A DNA stretch of 64,000 bases, filler included, from Basidioascus undulatus (GCA_000826855.1; 9 parts of 9 records of this genome joined end to end with filler, not necessarily neighbours in it), one strand, 5' to 3'. Positions 37,440-50,418 are shown, counted from the whole stretch's first letter. Notes: generated by a model not told the origin, from the letters alone. Translations and numbers: made by a program.

Positions 37440-38182
37440 ATGGCGCCTTCCTCGGATGCTCACTCCCGCCCCGCCAAGAAGCCCAAGCCCGTTCCCTTCC
37501 CCTCTCATCTCCCTACGCAACGCTCGACCTACGAGCGCAACCGCATCGCTATCGGATAGGCAAGGGCGAACAGGGTGTTCTATCCGTACAAGTGGGTCTG
37601 CCAATAGTAACCGCTCCCATGTCCCCTGCTCCGCTAACAAGAGTTCTTCCTTTCCGCCTCACTGCTGCAGCCCTACAAGGCCGAGCTGCTGCCTCACTGG
37701 CGCTTCAAGAACCCTGATGTGGCCAAAGAGAGCGCGGACAAGCTGTGGGAATGCTTTGAGGGCTACAGAGAGAAAGGTGACTTTATGGGCATGGACCTGA
37801 CGGGGTGCGTATCTTCCCTCGTTTACCCTTGGTTATGTTTCACACTGCCCATATACTTACCGCTTAATATCACACGATACAGGAAGTTCATACAAATGGG
37901 GTACACTCGAGCGCGCTGCTACGCCGCTCGTGCAGGCGGGCGAAAGTACGACAAGCATACAGGCGAGGAGCTTGCAAGCTGGAGATGGAGGACGGGAAGG
38001 CGGGGGCGGCGAGGATATCCAAGGAAATGCTGGAGCCGGTAATGGAGGATGAGGAGTATCTGAGAAGAAGGGAGGAATGGGAGTGGGATGTAGAGGGAAA
38101 GGCAGTGGAGTGTTACAGAAGCGGGGGGCAAGGAGACGGAAGGGAAACGGAAACGGAAGAGGGGAGAGAAAGCGGTGCATGA
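37440..38182 (+). pseudogene. DUF4385-family protein, frameshifted
   Basis: YRIGKGEQGVLSVQ/PYKAELLPHWRFKTPDVAKESA, DFMGMDLT/RKFIQMGYTRARCYA..GGRKY. Frameshifts near 37505 and 37975. Confidence 0.8.
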
Positions 38183-39669
38183 AGGGCCGGCGAAGAAGAA
38201 GGGGAAAGCCAGGAGACAAAATAACTAGCACACCTGAAGATGTATAAGTGTGGAAGAGTCTGCGACAGCGTTGGACTAGACTGTTTGCGGGGCGGTCTGC
38301 CATCGACATTGCGAAATACTCATCAAGATCTGAGACTTTACATACTATCAGGATGTACGCGTCCGTACTCTTCAATGTTGATGGAGTCTGTTGCGCGAGC
38401 GGTCACATCGCCGACACAGCCGTTGAATTCGCGTACTGTGGCAGTGTAACACCAAGCCTGAACGCTCTAATATGTGCGCAGGCAAGTCAACACAGTACAT
38501 TATGTTGAATTTGGGGCTCTCCACAATGTTCCTTGGAGGGTAAAGGTTGAGGACAAAGAGAACTGGTTCTAAAGGTCATCAAATACTCTAGGTAGCAAAG
38601 CTGGATCGAGCGAGTCTGTGTCCATCAGACTGCAGTTGAAACATCAGCGGTGCATGCGCACGAAAGGTAACACACTGGGCCAGATATATTCTACCCAGCA
38701 GCACAAAAGTGTTGGAATGGGATGCCTTCAGGTAGGTAGTAGTCGAGAGGGTGGTGTTGTTCTACAGCCACTCTCAACCGGAGTGCGGTTTGGACAGGTA
38801 AAAACAAAAATTGGCCACTGCATGGGTCCAACCAACTGAGTTAAGCGTTCGATGCTGGAAATCTGTTTAAGACATACTCACTGTAACTGCCTGAATGAGG
38901 GTTCGTTCTAAATACACTGTGTCCGATGCATCGTCCTTCTATCATTACGGTGACGCGTTTTACCACTTTACGTGGCTATAAAGAACAAAAGAAGGTGGTT
39001 AAGTTTAAGTAACATTTGCCTTATGGGGGCAGCTGACGAATCTCACTCGGAAGTCGCGACGGTGCGGTTTCTGCAGGTCTTGGCAGCCGATCCAGAGTGC
39101 GCTAGCCCGATTCCCTTTGGTGGTACTGCAGATGGAAAATTAAAACTATAGGTGAATATTTGTTATATGTGAGGCAGAAAGAAAGCCAAGTAACCCATTG
39201 GAGCGGGAATTGAGCGGCTGTCGGTTGCTCAAAAGACGTCCAGCATCCATGCCCCAATGTAAGTTACTTGGTAGGTTTCTGTCATTTGCTGAAGCTAGCA
39301 TAATTTGTGAGGATGTTCATTTGTTCTTGTTTCAGGCCTTCAGAAGTTTGAGGAGGGATCCTGAAACTAGGCGGGTGCCGCTGCCACCACGTAGAGGAGA
39401 CTTCTCTCGGCCCATATACTTTTGGAGGCTTCTGGATGCAAACTTATTGAAGCCAAAAAAGAAGCAGATGATGAATGTGGATACATTCATGTGTGCATGT
39501 GCTAAAAATCCACCACAATGCTGGGTTCATAACGTTCAGGTCTTGGTGATCCATCTCCCACCCTTGCTGGTCATGAAGCGAGACGCCCAACCTTCCAAGA
39601 AGCACAGCAAGGCGGGAAGCGTATAACATGCCCATTATTTCGTCTCACTCGCCGGCCTCCTCCTGGGAG

Positions 39670-40863
39670 TTAGAGCAGCTTGTCGTAATGGACTTGAGAA
39701 ACGGCAAGTGTTCCTTCGAAAGGGCAGCAAAAACACCTGACTAGCGACTCAACTGATTCGTCGTTAAGTTCACCGAGATTGTAATTCTCTGGGAGCACGA
39801 TGGTAGAGATGCTCGGGTGGCGAAGGATGGCGCCGTGTCCCTCCTCAGAGCGGGGCAAGTCGTGCACAGACAATCGATCGTAGGGAATTCAGCCTTTGAG
39901 AAAAATGGGAAGCTGGTCAAGCAGGAACCAATTGCGTCGAAGATGTTGCGCAGCGGTTGGTGAGAACCGGGGAGCCCGGAGTTCGAGTTCATGCAGTGCA
40001 GGCAAATGCGAGGCACCGAGGTATAGGAAGATCCTCTCCAAGACAGCGTCTTTCTGGCCGCAGTCCTCGGTGTCAAGACTGAAGAGAACATAAGAGGCAG
40101 TCCGGGCCGGGAGGACGAGGTTCATGATCATCTTCCGGGTCAGTTGGGGTTCCGACGAGTTCGATCTGGAGGCTCTTCAACGTCTGCAGTTTCGAGAGAC
40201 ACCGGAAGAGCCAGCGGACCTCCACTTGGGTCGTAAGAAAGAGGCTCTGGAGTCGCTCGACGGAACGACTGATCACGAACCCACCAAGGAAGATGCGACC
40301 AAGCGACCCCACGATGTTATCGGCGGACACTTGCCCAAGCCCGGTGAGATAATTGAAGGGCATCAAATGCTTGGCGTCGTTCTGGCAGTCAAAAGAGACT
40401 TTTTGTTTATACGTGAACGCGAGCTCCCTTATATCGATCGGCTTGTCGAAACGAAGGTGACGCTCGAGGAGTCGTTCGTGAACCAGTCAAGGTCGGTAGA
40501 ATGGACCAGAACGCGGGGAATCGGAAGTGACGAAACATGCTTCTGTTTGGATAAAGACCGAGTCAGCCGTGTCTCCTAAAGAATAGACTATCGGATGCTT
40601 GCCTTCCACCTACGGCAGATGAGCATCAAACTAGTCATCGGCATGCGGATGATGCAGCCCTGCTGGTCGCGTACGTCCAGCTCTGATCGCGCGAGTAGCG
40701 CAGAGGATGCGCATCAGGACATCTTCCGGAAGCGTATACATATTTTAGGAGGATCTGGCCTGAAAAGATAGGATAGGTCTGCTGGATGCGAAGACTGGCT
40801 GGCCGACGAGCGACAGCATGTTGGTGAAGGTTGGAGGACAAGCGGAACCGACAAGCTCTGCAT
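39670..40863 (-). pseudogene. Fragmented Leu-rich (possibly F-box/LRR-like) relic
   Basis: A chain of short overlapping minus-strand ORFs with LRR-like pieces (LSKLQTLKSLQIEL, HLPALHELELRAP, LTSFPF, HPSISTIVLP). Confidence 0.35.
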
Positions 40864-41455
40864 TCACCTCAACGCCCCGACGCCGCGGCGGATCGGTCGC
40901 GCGAAGTTTCTGTCAGCGTCCTCTGTAGTTACATAGCTTTGTGAGCTTTTTTATTGTTCTGGTAGCCGGCTCCAGCTTAGGCACAATTCAAATCGCGTAG
41001 ATTGCGTGCACGGGCTTCTTTCCGCCACCCACACAAACGTGTAGCCGCAATTCAAACAAGGTGCCCAAAGGTGTCGGTATGTCAACCACATTTGCGCATG
41101 AGAATGAGAATCGAAGATGCTACGCACGGTCTGGAGATATGCGCCGGGTGCTGACGGTCCTGCTCAGGTTGACGAGGCCGGGCGGCGGGGGCTCTTCGAG
41201 GTGTTAGCGAATTCGAATTCGATCCAGCATCGACCATGCATCATGCATCATACATGATCCATCATTCAGTATCCATATGATCGAGTCTGTTGGCTGCATC
41301 CGCCAGCGTCGGCATGTGCGTGAGCCAACGCACGCGCCAAATCGAGCGAGGCAAGAGTAGTCCATCCATGTAACCTCTCTCTCCTCTCCCCTACCCCCTC
41401 ATCTCCAATCCAATCTAATCCTATCTCATCCGTACCTCCCGTCCTTCCTTCCTCA

Positions 41456-43210
41456 CTAAACCCCCTCAACCACCGCGCCCTCCTCACTCTTCTGCGCGCC
41501 GCCCGCCCAGTACTTCTCTCCGCGCCCGCCGACGGCCTTGCGCGAGCGCCCGGCGCTCATGTACGCGACCTCGGCGTGCCCGAGCTCGGGGCCCTGGTAC
41601 GCCGGTTTCGAGGAGGAGGAGGAGGTGGGGGAGGAGAAGAGGGTGGAGATGGGCAGGGTGGGCGTGGACGTCGGGTACGGCGAGGTCAGGTACAGGTGGT
41701 GCAGGGCGTTGGTGGCCGCCTGGGTAGGGAAGGGGGAGCGTTGGTGAGCCGGCAGGGGGGAGGAAGCGGTGGCGGGGAGAGGGGAGAAGGAAGACGCACG
41801 CGGTGCTCAGCCATCTTGATCGAAGAGCCGAAGCCCTCGCCGAGCTTGGTCGTGCCCGAGTAGACGCCGACCACAAAGACGGGCGACATCGAGTACCGAC
41901 CGGTCTCCTTCATCAGCCTATGTGCGTGCAAGATACGTTTAGTCTCCATCTCAGAAGTGGGCGGCAAGAAAGGAAATAATAGGAATGGAAGACGGGGGAG
42001 AAGATGGGAAGTGCGGAACAGCAGCTGAGAGCGAAAGCAGGGAGGAGAGGGATGAAGGAAGAAGACGAACCGGGAAACGACCGGCTCCCGGCCGAACTTG
42101 CGCGTCGTCGCGGCGAGGACTTTGATGGGGTCCTCGAACTTGAGGAGCAACCGGAGGTCAAGCGAGCGCGAGAGGAAGAAGGTCTGGATGAAGGAGAGGG
42201 CGGCGGGAAGACCCTGAATTCGCCATGCGGGATTGGCGATGAGTTGTCTGTTTTATGTGGACGAGCGGGATAGACGGAAGAGAGGAGACACCCACCTTTT
42301 CTTGGTAGACCAGCCCGACGATCCCCCGCGCGAGCGAGGCCATCGCGTCCTCGTGGAGCGTTCGGTCCTGGACGGGGGCATCCGGGGTGCGGGGCTGTAG
42401 GGTAGCGAGCGCAGTCAGCACAAGACCGTTCTGGTAGAGGATGTCGGGAGGGAAGGGAAGGAAAGAGCGGTGATGGACGCACCTCCCTCTGCCACCTGAG
42501 CACACTCGCACCGCCCCACTCCCTTGCGACCGCTGCACACGTCTTGGGGCCCACGAGCGCGCTCACGGCCGCCTTGATTGTATTGAGCGGCAGATGGGGC
42601 CACTTGAGGTGGACGAACTCGCTCGCGGCCTGGCCGAGGAGGTCGTTACCGAGGAGGGCGAGCGCGCCGTTCGCCTTGCCCTCGGACTTGGTAAGGAAGG
42701 ACGGGTGGGTGCAGGCCTGCTCGATGAGGGCGGGGCGGATGGGCTTGAGCGAGAGGCGGGCGGCGAACGCGGCGAGGGCGTGCGCGGGCGCGCGCTGCTG
42801 CGAAGCCCAGAGGGAGGCGGAGAAGACGGAAGGGGCGGAGCTGGAGTCGGCGGCGGTGGTAGTGGTGGTGGAGTAGGCGGAGGAGGCGGGGAGGGCGCGG
42901 GCGGAGGAGGCCGTCGGAGCTGAGGGCGCGGGTGAGGTGATGGCGAGAAAGGAGGTGAAGGAGTGCTGAGGGAGGGACGAGAGGGGGAGGCCGAGAGCGC
43001 GCGCGCGCGGGGAGGTGGGCGCGGCAGGGAAGGGGGAGGGTGCAGAGACGGCGGGCGCCGAGGGCGCGGAACCGAAGGTGAAGAGCGACTTGGGGGGCGC
43101 GGCGTTGGTGGTGATGGTGGCCGTGGTGGGTGTGGTTGCGGCAGCGCCGAAGCTGAAGATCGGCTTGGGTGCGGCGGGCTCGTCCTTCTTCTCCACCTCG
43201 ACCTCCATCT
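41456..43210 (-). CDS. MRPL3: Mitochondrial large-subunit ribosomal protein mL44 (RNase III-like + dsRBD), 5' open and in frame with an FxFG-containing segment
   Basis: LAAFAARL, QACTHPSF, NGALALLGNDLLG, EFVHLKWPHLP, FEDPIKVL, REPVVSR/LMKETGRYSMSPVFVVGVYSGTTKLGEGFGSSIKMAEHR/AATNAL. Confidence 0.9.
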
Positions 43211-43310
43211 NNNNNNNNNNNNNNNNNNNNNNNNNNNNNNNNNNNNNNNNNNNNTTAATTAATTAANNNNNNNNNNNNNNNNNNNNNNNNNNNNNNNNNN
43301 NNNNNNNNNN
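43211..43310. other. Artificial contig linker
   Basis: 44N-TTAATTAATTAA-44N. Confidence 0.99.
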
Positions 43311-43867
43311 CCCCGACTCTGGAACGGCTCGCCATTGTGCTTGAGCTCAGACCACCGCCTCACCCTGCGCGCACAGTACACAACACTTGACCTCCATCCA
43401 CATCCATCCAACCCAAGTATCAGCCCCGATGTGAGCCCAGTACCCGGTGGTGGTATGCTGGAATGTGTAGATGCTCACAGGCGTGGTCGTCCGACAGCGA
43501 GATAGATAGCGCTTATCCCGATCGGCACATCCCAACATCCAGGTGAGTCTCATCCATGGCCTGGGTAGCTTTGGGTAGCGGAGAGGTTCTATCGCCTGCT
43601 GGATGGGAATGGGGTCTGCTCGTCTGTGTGCTGCTCGATATTGCTATGGCCAGAACTCAGAACTCGCCGGACGCTGCGCAGCGTATTCGGAAGCGGAGGG
43701 CTTGACTGGTCGGGTCCGGCTCGGGAGCGGTGCTGTTGCTCGAACGCTAGAATTGGGCTGCCTTCCTGCGATCATTCGCAGACACCCATCGCAAACCGAT
43801 TCTCACAGAGCACGCTTGCTCACCAGTCACCGCCCACCGCTGTACAGCCCCACCCCCCATCACCAGC

Positions 43868-46530
43868 ATGCCGCCGCCCATCCCGTCGCCGGCCCCCAAG
43901 AAGCGGTCCGCCGCGTCGGCAGCGCACGACCACCTCCCGCCACCGAGCAAGAAGGTGCGCAGGGTAGAAGTGTCGACGCAGACGGAGCCAGAGCCGGACC
44001 CCATGGAGGAGCTGCTCGACGAGCTCGAGAAGGAGGTCACTTGCGGGATCTGTCGGGAGGTCCTCTACCAGGTACGTAGCTATTCGTTAACTTTCGGCAG
44101 GTGCCCGTTTGAGGCTAATATTGAAATTTGGGAAACTGCAGCCTGTGCAGATCACAGGCTGCTTGCATGGGTTCTGTGGGTCGTGCTTGGTGCAATGGGT
44201 AGACGTACGTCCTTGCTCCTGTCTACCGCACTATCGGAGGAGCCTTAAACGATCCACCGCAACCCACAGAACAAAGGCACTGCATGCCCGACCTGCCGCG
44301 TAGCGCCCTCCCCCTCGTACGCGATCCACCACTCTCCGACCCTGGCCTCGCTCTCTGCGCTCCTCCTCGCCTCGCGCCCCGACCGCGCCAAGCCCGAGGC
44401 GGAGAAGCGCGAGATGGAGCGCCGCTGGGCGCCGGGGAAGGAGATCGTCCTTGGCCCGCAGGCCGCGCACGACGACGACATGGGCGGCGGCATGGGCGGC
44501 GGAGCTGGGATGGGCGGCATCGGAGGCGGCGGGCCGGAACAGTGGTGGTACCCTTGCATCTACTGCAACGGGCGTGGTGCGTCCCTCTTCCGATCCTGAG
44601 CTCAATGTAGAATACGTGCTCATCTCTTTCTCCCATGCACCACGGCAGACGGGTACACCTGCCCGCAGCCGATTCCCAACCCCGACCACCCTGCGGTCCC
44701 TCGGACTTCCCTTCTCCGTCGCGGCATCAACGACACGCCGGGGCACGCCTCCTGCGTCGCTTGGTTCGTTCCACGGGCTTCGGGTGTCTTGACTTTTCTT
44801 ACGCTTTCACTCCCTGCAGCGGTCATCTGACTGCCTACGAGGCGCCCACGACAAGTGTTTGCGTCTGCTGCGGCGATGTCTACTGCGGGATGCTCGTGCG
44901 TTGTCTGCTTTCCCATCCCCTCCCCTCTATCTTGGATGTTGACATGGGCGGCGGTGACCAGCTTGACGACTGCCACGTCCCCCACCTCATTCCGGCCGAC
45001 ATCGTGGAGGAGGGCAAGCGCTTGAAGGCCCAGTGGGACAAGCTGCAGGAGGAGGCGGAGCGGCGCGAGCTCGAGCAGGACGAGAGGGACGCTGCGCAGG
45101 CGGCTGCCCAGACGCAGATCCCCGCCGGTGAGGAGTCGGCCGCCCCTCCCGCGCAGCCTGCTCCGGGCGACCCCGCTGCTCAGGCAGCTGCGCAGGCGCA
45201 GATCCCGGCGGGGGAGGAGGCGACGGCTGCTGCTGCGCAGCGTGCTCCTGGCGAGGCCGCTGCTTCCTCCTCGGGCGGAGATGCCCCCGCCGGAGTCGAG
45301 ACCCAGACCGCTGCCACGCAGACTTCCGCACCTGCCGACCCTCCCGCCGCGCCTTCCGAGGGTGCTGCTGCAGCTTCCCCTGCCGAACCCATGGAGGTCG
45401 ATTCGCCCGTCGCAGCTGCACTCGTCGCTTCTGTGCCCGTCCAGCCTCGCCCAACCATCTCGCCGCAGCTGACGCTGCACCCGCACACCCTGACCTTCAC
45501 GGGCCCGTCCTCGGAGCTCCGCCTCCTCCGCAACAACCCGACAGAGCTGCGGTACCTGGCGCACTATCTGCACGCGTCGTCGCTCACGCCGACGGACGTC
45601 CTGCACGCGATGTTGCGCGAGGCGGTCGCGCACGAGCACGGCTTCCCCGGCTGGCTCGAGGAGATCGGGTGCTACGAGGCCGGCGGGGGCGAGGACGGCG
45701 CAGCGGACCTCGAGAAGGTCAAGATGTGCGGGATCTGCTTGGGCGACGCGTGGTGCGCGGGCGTTACCGGGTGGTGGATGCGCGAGAGGAAACGCGTCGT
45801 CGAGACTGGAGGGACGGTGGAGGGTTGGGAGAGGCCCGACTGCTGGGACGGGTTCAACTGCGGGAGGCAGGGCGTCCCCGGTGAGTTTTGTCTGTTGCAG
45901 GCGATCTGGATCTAGCCTGGTTCTGACTCCCCTCTTCGTCTGTCAGCCCACGCGATAAAGTGTACGCGTCCTGCTCCCGCCCGTCTCTATTCCGGTGTTT
46001 CAGTGCCCATAATCACAAATGAGTCTCTTCCAGACAACCACATCTGCAACCGCACTCCAACGGAGCTTCGTAACCCGCCCGCTGCCGCCGCGCCAGCGCA
46101 ACAGCCCGAGCTCGCTCTGCCCTCCGCCGTCACCGAGCCCGATGCCGCTCCGGCTGCGGCTCCGGCGCAACCCACCGAAGCCGGAACGCAGACCGTAGAC
46201 TCGGGTGCGGGCGCGGACGCGGACGCGGTGCCTCCCCCGAGCTCCAGCGCCTCCTCGTCCTCCTCCGGCTCGTCTTCCTCCTCGGACTCGTCCTCCTCAT
46301 CAGCGATGGACACCGACGCTGCAATCCCCACCTCGACCTCGTCGGACCGCCGCGTGAGCGGCGCGAGCGACCTCACGCTTGTTGAACTTGACGCCGCCTC
46401 TCCGACCGAGGAGGGCGCGAGCTTGCCCAAGCTCGTCCAGGACCCGCCGATGGCGGCGGAAGAGCTCGCGGACGCGGAGAGCGCCGCGGCGCAGGTCGCG
46501 GTGGCTGTCCCGGCTGTCGTGCCGCCATAG
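43868..46530 (+). CDS. CHFR-like RING E3 ubiquitin ligase with Cys-rich region and PBZ motif, multi-exon
   Basis: C3HC4 RING CGIC...CLHGFCGSC...CPTCR, LLASRPDRAK, Cys-rich CVCCGDVYCG and CGIC, then RPDCWDGFNCGRQ/AHAIK/NHIC, similar to the CHFR PAR-binding zinc finger. Confidence 0.85.
45091..45258 (+). repeat. Two imperfect 84-bp in-frame tandem repeats in the CHFR-like gene
   Basis: AAQAAAQTQIPAGEESAAPPAQPAPGDP and AAQAAAQAQIPAGEEATAAAAQRAPGEA. Confidence 0.9.
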
Positions 46531-47270
46531 ATGGGTTGGGGGTGGGAGTTTCGTCCATTTGTCTTCGTGCTCATTCGCTCGCTGTTTCCTGCTCGTTTGT
46601 TAGCTCGTTTTAGCTTGCTAGTCTAGTACATCGCTCCTCGCTTTCCGTCCGTATGTTATCCCCGCTCGCTCATAGCACTGTCTTCGCCCGTGCCGTCTCT
46701 TGCTGTTAATTCTCGTCCGAACCCATCCCGTTCCCACGTCGTCCATCCCTTCTTGTCTTTTCTTGCGCCTCTTCCCTTTCTGTCGTTTGCTCCGCCGCTC
46801 GTATCGCTAGCTAGTATCGTTTCGCTGAAATCAGAGAACTGTTCACACCCGCTCTCGCACGCTCGCCCCGCCTTTATCAATGAAGCAAGCAATATCTAGT
46901 ACATTCTAGCATTTATACGAATGCAGCTTCTAAGAACTCCAGACCCGTGGAAGCCCATTACTCTTCACACTCTGCGGGTGGCTGCTAGACGATTCGGACG
47001 CTGAGCCGTATGTGACGCATGCCAGTTCTGAGCTCGAGCTGTCTGAGAGATTCCACAAAGGAAGCGGAGATACCCTTCAGGTCTTTTATTGCATAGGGCA
47101 TATGACAGAGCACAGTTACATGACGGCGCCGACCAGCGGAGCTCTCTACGACAATGGGTACAACAGGCGCGTACACTGAGACAACGGGAACCGGCCGAGG
47201 GACACAGAGGGAGAGCCAGATCAGATACAACAAAGATGGGGAATCAAAATGAAACACGATGAACATCGCC

Positions 47271-48319
47271 TCAAGCGAAAGACCAGGTGATCCCGCTAAA
47301 CCGGCCGATGTCGAGCCCTTGCCCTGAGTTGATAGTCTGGCCGGCTGTAAGAGCAAGGAATGCAGAAGGCTGCAGGATAGGACAGGAAGTTCAATATGGA
47401 AAGTGCGTGGGTAAAAAGGGCAATTAGATTTACCGAAAAGTCGAGGTCGGAGTATGCGCAGCCTTCGCATCGCTGTGGAACGGGACGGAGCAATGAGCGA
47501 CTTGTCTAGGTCGGTCGGTGAGTATATACGTACATCAACCACCGTAACGCCAACCCTGTTGCTGCCGTAGGACACTGTGATACGCTGCCCACAAATACCG
47601 CTACGGACGTCAGGTCGGTAAGCTTGCAGCCCGAGGGAAGGTATGTGGAGAGACAACAAAGCAACGCACTTGTCGTTCGGATTAACCCCATCGTAACTGA
47701 ACCAGGAATCGTAGAGTAGCTGCGAGACCGCAACGATGTAGTCCGAGCCGGCCCTGGGTCGGTGATTGAGTACTTGTCAGTCAACGATGCGCATCATGGA
47801 CAGAGGTTGAAAGGCGCACGAGGACCAGCCACAGGCTACGATGAAGAGGGGGCCCGTTAGCCATGACATTGCAATCTTGAGGGCTGCAAAGCGAAGACGC
47901 ACCACCTAGTCCTGGAGAGTAGAAGGTCGCTTGGCCAGTATACGAACCGGAGGACGTCGCACCGCCGCTGGCTGGTGCAGCCGCTGCCGGGACTGAGGAC
48001 AGGGTGGTAGTAATGTCGGTGGGCGTGGGCGTAGCGATGTCGGCGAGCGTGGTTGTGGTAGTCACAGTGGCGATGAGGACTTCGACGGTGGAGGTGTTGT
48101 ATATAGATGGTGTAGCAGTAGTAGTGGCGGCAGGTCCTCCCCAAAGTGAGCTTCTCCAACCAGGGCGATAGCGCTCCCTGCAGAAGGGCGGAGCTCTGTT
48201 CGGTAGGACAAGGGTTGGATCGTCAGCACGATCCCGGGGTGACTTGTATGTTAAGTGACTAACGCGTTGAGGGAAGGCAGTAGCATCAGTCCGAGCAAGG
48301 CGAAGAGGGAATGGCGCAT
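47271..48319 (-). CDS. Secreted expansin/loosenin-like RlpA double-psi beta-barrel protein, multi-exon
   Basis: Signal peptide MRHSLFALLGLMLL, Thr-rich linker, YTGQATFYSPGLG/ACG, NPNDN/GICGQRITV, VTVVD/RCEGCAYSDLDFS, GRFSGITWSF*. Confidence 0.88.
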
Positions 48320-50418
48320 CGTTGGTGACGGTCGTGAAAGCGTCGAAAGCGTCGCGGGTGCAGTAGAGGGGAAATTGGAGACGAGGAGAAAACGCTTTCT
48401 CTCTTCCAAGCAGGCCTTATATGCAATCCATGGGCTCTTCCCTCTCGAAAACCGTGCTGGATGCCGTGTTTCCGAGTATCGACGTTGCGGACGTGCAGCC
48501 CAGCCCTGAAAAAAGAGGGTGACGGTGGAAGTAAGGGGAGGTGGTGAGCGAGAGTGCTGCATGGGGAGAAGACCCGCTTTGTGGCAAGACGGTCAATGAA
48601 GCCGAGCCGCTCCGGGGGTTGAGGCGCAATTGGAAAATGAAGGAAATGAAGGGGCAGCGGGAGGAACATGGGGGTGACGGAGGTGCCTGCCCTGACTGCC
48701 GGGCGCTGTACACGAGTGGTGGTGCATGGACATACGCGTGCTGGGGTCCACGCGAGGACCGACAGGCCGGGTGGTGTCCGATCCTGCAGTCTGAAGATGA
48801 ATGTGGCGCGAGATGACGGCGCTGGGGTGCAACCAGCGGTGGATCCCTTTAGAAAGAATTGTACTGCACTTGCAACCAGAAATTCACATATTTCGGGAAT
48901 ACCCTAGTAGACTGTAGAGCAAAAGCTGGTGCTTCCTATACTAGGTTGGGTGCCGCAAGGCACCGACGAGTGAGGACGGTTGCAAGCTTTCTCAAACTTT
49001 CTCAAACGAGGGGCAGGGCCGCTGTCGAATAACTGGGGCGACCACGGTATGTTTGAGAGATCTTTGAGGCCATGGAATTGCATGTTGGCCACGTGACGAA
49101 CCTGCTGTCTGAACCAAAACGACGGTTCCCCCTCTTTCACATGCACAGTTCGGTCTTCACCCAGGCAAGGGGGGGCGAGTTTCTGTACTTCTACTCTCGA
49201 TAGAAATGTCATCATAGCCCGCTGTATTAATTGGACCGTTTTCTATGAGAACAGATAAATTTGTATTCGGGGTCTTCAAAGGAAACAGCAGGGTGGGTGG
49301 ACGTCCTCGAACCGAGGCTCACACGGGATTCGCGGCGACTGTCAGCCAAGCTTTGCTCATATCCACCCTGTCGCTGCACTGTCCTTCTCAAAAGGTGGGA
49401 GGACAAGAGGTTCCTGAAAGCCCGGCATCCTCATGGCCGCACCGCACACAAAAGGCGCTGATCCGTCGCCGATAACACAACGATGAGCGGAAGCACGACT
49501 CGGGTAACGTGACTGGAGATCACACCACCCTGCCGGTTGGAAACCTTCCGTGAGACCAGGCCGTGTACTTCATGCTTATTCCTAAACAAGAAGTGACCGA
49601 AAAATACCCGAAAGAACGAGGCTGGTGACCGACCTGTGTCCTACGAAGGATGGCTGGCAGGCACCGGAGCTTTCCGACGTGGAACTCGGCTGGGTCAGAA
49701 TTTCATGAGGCTAACAGACTCTCAAAAACTTGAGCTTGAGTTGTTTGCACCGTCAGACGCAGACGCGGATGGAGCAGCGGCGGCGTCACGGTGGGGCCGG
49801 CGCTTGAGTCGGTCGATTTGGAGACGTTGGCCTACATCTGTACTCTATGAGCCATAGTAGTATGAGGGCACTCAGAACATCTGGGCTGTGGATTGGGAGG
49901 AAGGGTCGAGTGCATCAAGTGACAAGAGGGGAAACACGTTCCGCGACGCGCAGCACCCCTCGCAACTTCAGCAGCGTAGTAACTACCATCATCCGACAAC
50001 TTACTTGAAAATGTTTGAAGTGAAGCAGAGTGTGTATTCAAGGCCGCTGTGCAATCCCAGCTGGTAGCAAGGGCTCTCTGGCGCAGGAGGCGCAACATGT
50101 CGACCCTAAGACGTTGGATGCAGCCTTCAGATCCAGACGTTTGAAAGCAGCATTCACACTATGGAACAAGAGCAGAGAGGTGTAAAGCCTGGGCAGCTTT
50201 CCGTGAGATGGAGAGAACGGGAAGTCAGACTACTCGCGCAACAAGAAGAGCATCGTCCGAGCTACAAGTCCTTCTCCCGCTGGATGAGCCGCAGCCGGAA
50301 CTTGATCATGATGGGTGCCAGGCAGGCCAGTCAGACGCTCGCCGATTGAGCTCAACAGTCAATCCCATGCCTCCCCTACTCATCCTCTCCCATCTCCCCC
50401 TCCCCCTCCTCCCCCCCA

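Noticed and set aside
44620..45639. Long antisense ORF (339 aa) and similar overlapping ORFs throughout the window
   Set aside because: These are shadow frames of GC-rich coding sequence, with Arg/Gly/Pro-biased translations and no motifs.
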